Below are positions 62,424 through 64,000 of a stretch of DNA of 64,000 nt, piece by piece. The notes under the pieces are model-generated. The model did no database searches. It saw only the letters and a list, made by a program, of their open reading frames with translations, and had not been told where the DNA came from. Source of the DNA: Magallana gigas (Eukaryota); NCBI RefSeq assembly GCF_963853765.1, contig NC_088860.1, positions 50,840,001 to 50,904,000 of the forward strand. Reading direction: 5' to 3'. How positions within the stretch are numbered: the stretch's first letter is position 1; every line of letters starts with the position of its first letter. Made by a program: the position numbers and the translations under genes.

Positions 62424-63126
62424 TTACCTATTTGTCATTACTTTTTGTTTACATGTTGTGTGACGAACGAACATACTTACCAATGGAAATTTCGGTAAGC
62501 TCGTGCTTACTTGGATATCGATTTTCAACTCCCCATCATGCGATTCTACTGTGCTTCTACTAGTGATTTTCAATATAGATTTATCCTTTCTTATGGTTTC
62601 TATTCTGATTTTGTTTCTTTCTTGCATCACTTCTGCATTCTTTTATGTCATAACGATTTAGCATACCACTAATATGTTGATTACCATCTTGTTTACGTTC
62701 TTAAACGTGGTTTTAATATAACGAGATAATAGATTTATCAAATCTGGGCGTTTACTGTTCGTCACAGACAAGGAATAATTAAAGTCTGATTTCATTGACC
62801 TTGGATTTGTATTGGTATTAATCATTTCATATCCAAAATCATGTTCACAGAAGTAACTGTTTTCATTCTGCTATTGATATCACGTTTTTCCAGCAATCAA
62901 CAAATCTACGTCTACTCCAAACATGGGGACTGGTACACTACTAGTTATTACATATAAGAATAACGCAGGTATGTTAAGGCTTCCCTCTGCGATATGCAGA
63001 AAGTCCCTTGTTTGTACTTTATAAAATATGACGTCATAATCAACTTAAACATCACGATCTGCATTCCCTTCAATCGTTCTCAGGGAATGCATAATAACGT
63101 TTAAACAGTATTTAACTACTTGATTC
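62424..63126 (-). pseudogene. Possible decayed reading frame of unknown family
   Basis: One frame runs about 155 codons with only three stops (63126 to about 62665), followed by the 68-aa ORF 62630-62424 that ends near strong donors (GTAAGT at about 62480 and 62427). Confidence 0.2.
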
Positions 63127-64000
63127 TATTATATAAATGTTACCGTTAATGCCGAACAATAGTATATATTTATATTAATATTGAGTAATCAAATAATTGA
63201 CAGATTTAAAGCTTCACTAGAAGAAAATTATTACTTATTAATTAAAAGTTCCCCGTGCTACGTATAAACAACTGAATGAAGAAATTTTAAAGCATATAAA
63301 AGCAGTTTGGTTCAGGGCAAAGAACAAGACAATTTTTAGAATATTTTACAAAAAATAGTAGATATATAAGTACCAATGTGGATCATGCTTGGAAAGCTAT
63401 TAGATGTACGCCATTTTTTTTTGTAAATTGCTTTCAATTAGTAAAATATGCTTTTTATGACAACATGACGAATGTTTTAATTATATCTTTACAAAGCGAA
63501 ATATGTATTTCAAGCCCAAGCAAGAACTTCAAAGTATATGGCATAACAGAGGGCTTTTATCAAAAGTGTTTATGATTTGATGTCATGGTGTTTTTTATGA
63601 TGCAAATAATATCATTTTCAGCCGTATTTTACCTTCGGGACATCTTAACGTTGTTCCAAACTTTAACAAAGCTTATAGAGAAACAAATATCTAATCTAGC
63701 ATCATTTAAAAAAGTTTAGTGAGGTACTGGGCACTTTGTACTGGAACATTTTTTATTCAATATTGAGGATTCTGACGAGCAGTCATAAGAAACCGAACCT
63801 GTGTACATTATTTTTGTCAGTTATTGATTAGAATACATGCATCATAAAATAGCCTTGTTTATACCTTTACCAACGTGTAACATTTGCTACAGGACTCTTA
63901 AAAGATACACTATTATGCTTTAGAGATAATAAGGTGCATCTTATAAAAAAAAACCGACTTAAAAAAACTTCTCATTAATGTATAAACTTTCAGAATATTA

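Overview
AT-rich eukaryotic (metazoan) DNA, very probably a Crassostrea/Magallana oyster; this rests on my recollection of the Cg170-type 166-bp satellite and Helentron-type HINE repeats, not on a database search. The main content is a head-to-tail cluster of four minus-strand paralogous genes that the ORF track shows only as fragments. Hand splicing gives three intact 4-exon genes (9099-10268, 208 aa; 21847-23572, 239 aa; 35452-37856, 213 aa) and one pseudogene copy of the third (49927-53464). All three intact genes have GT-AG introns in phases 1,0,0 at equivalent positions, a signal peptide, an N-terminal (W)xxPC motif, four amphipathic helical blocks and an R-x-x-x-[DN]-[YF]-x-I motif in the last helix. 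I interpret them as long-chain class-I helical cytokines (IL-6/LIF/CNTF/Drosophila Unpaired-like). Their upstream regions carry TATA boxes plus GAS-, IRF-, kB- and CRE-like sites. The rest is repeat-rich: Tc1/mariner MITEs (one nested in another), a decayed Tc1 transposase, a Penelope-like RT fragment and tails, Helentron-type elements, 40/49/52-bp tandem arrays, a multi-kb segmental duplication, several decayed coding-like stretches and one assembly gap. I found no rRNA, intact tRNA or CRISPR array. All coordinates were derived by hand and may be off by a few bases at repeat edges.
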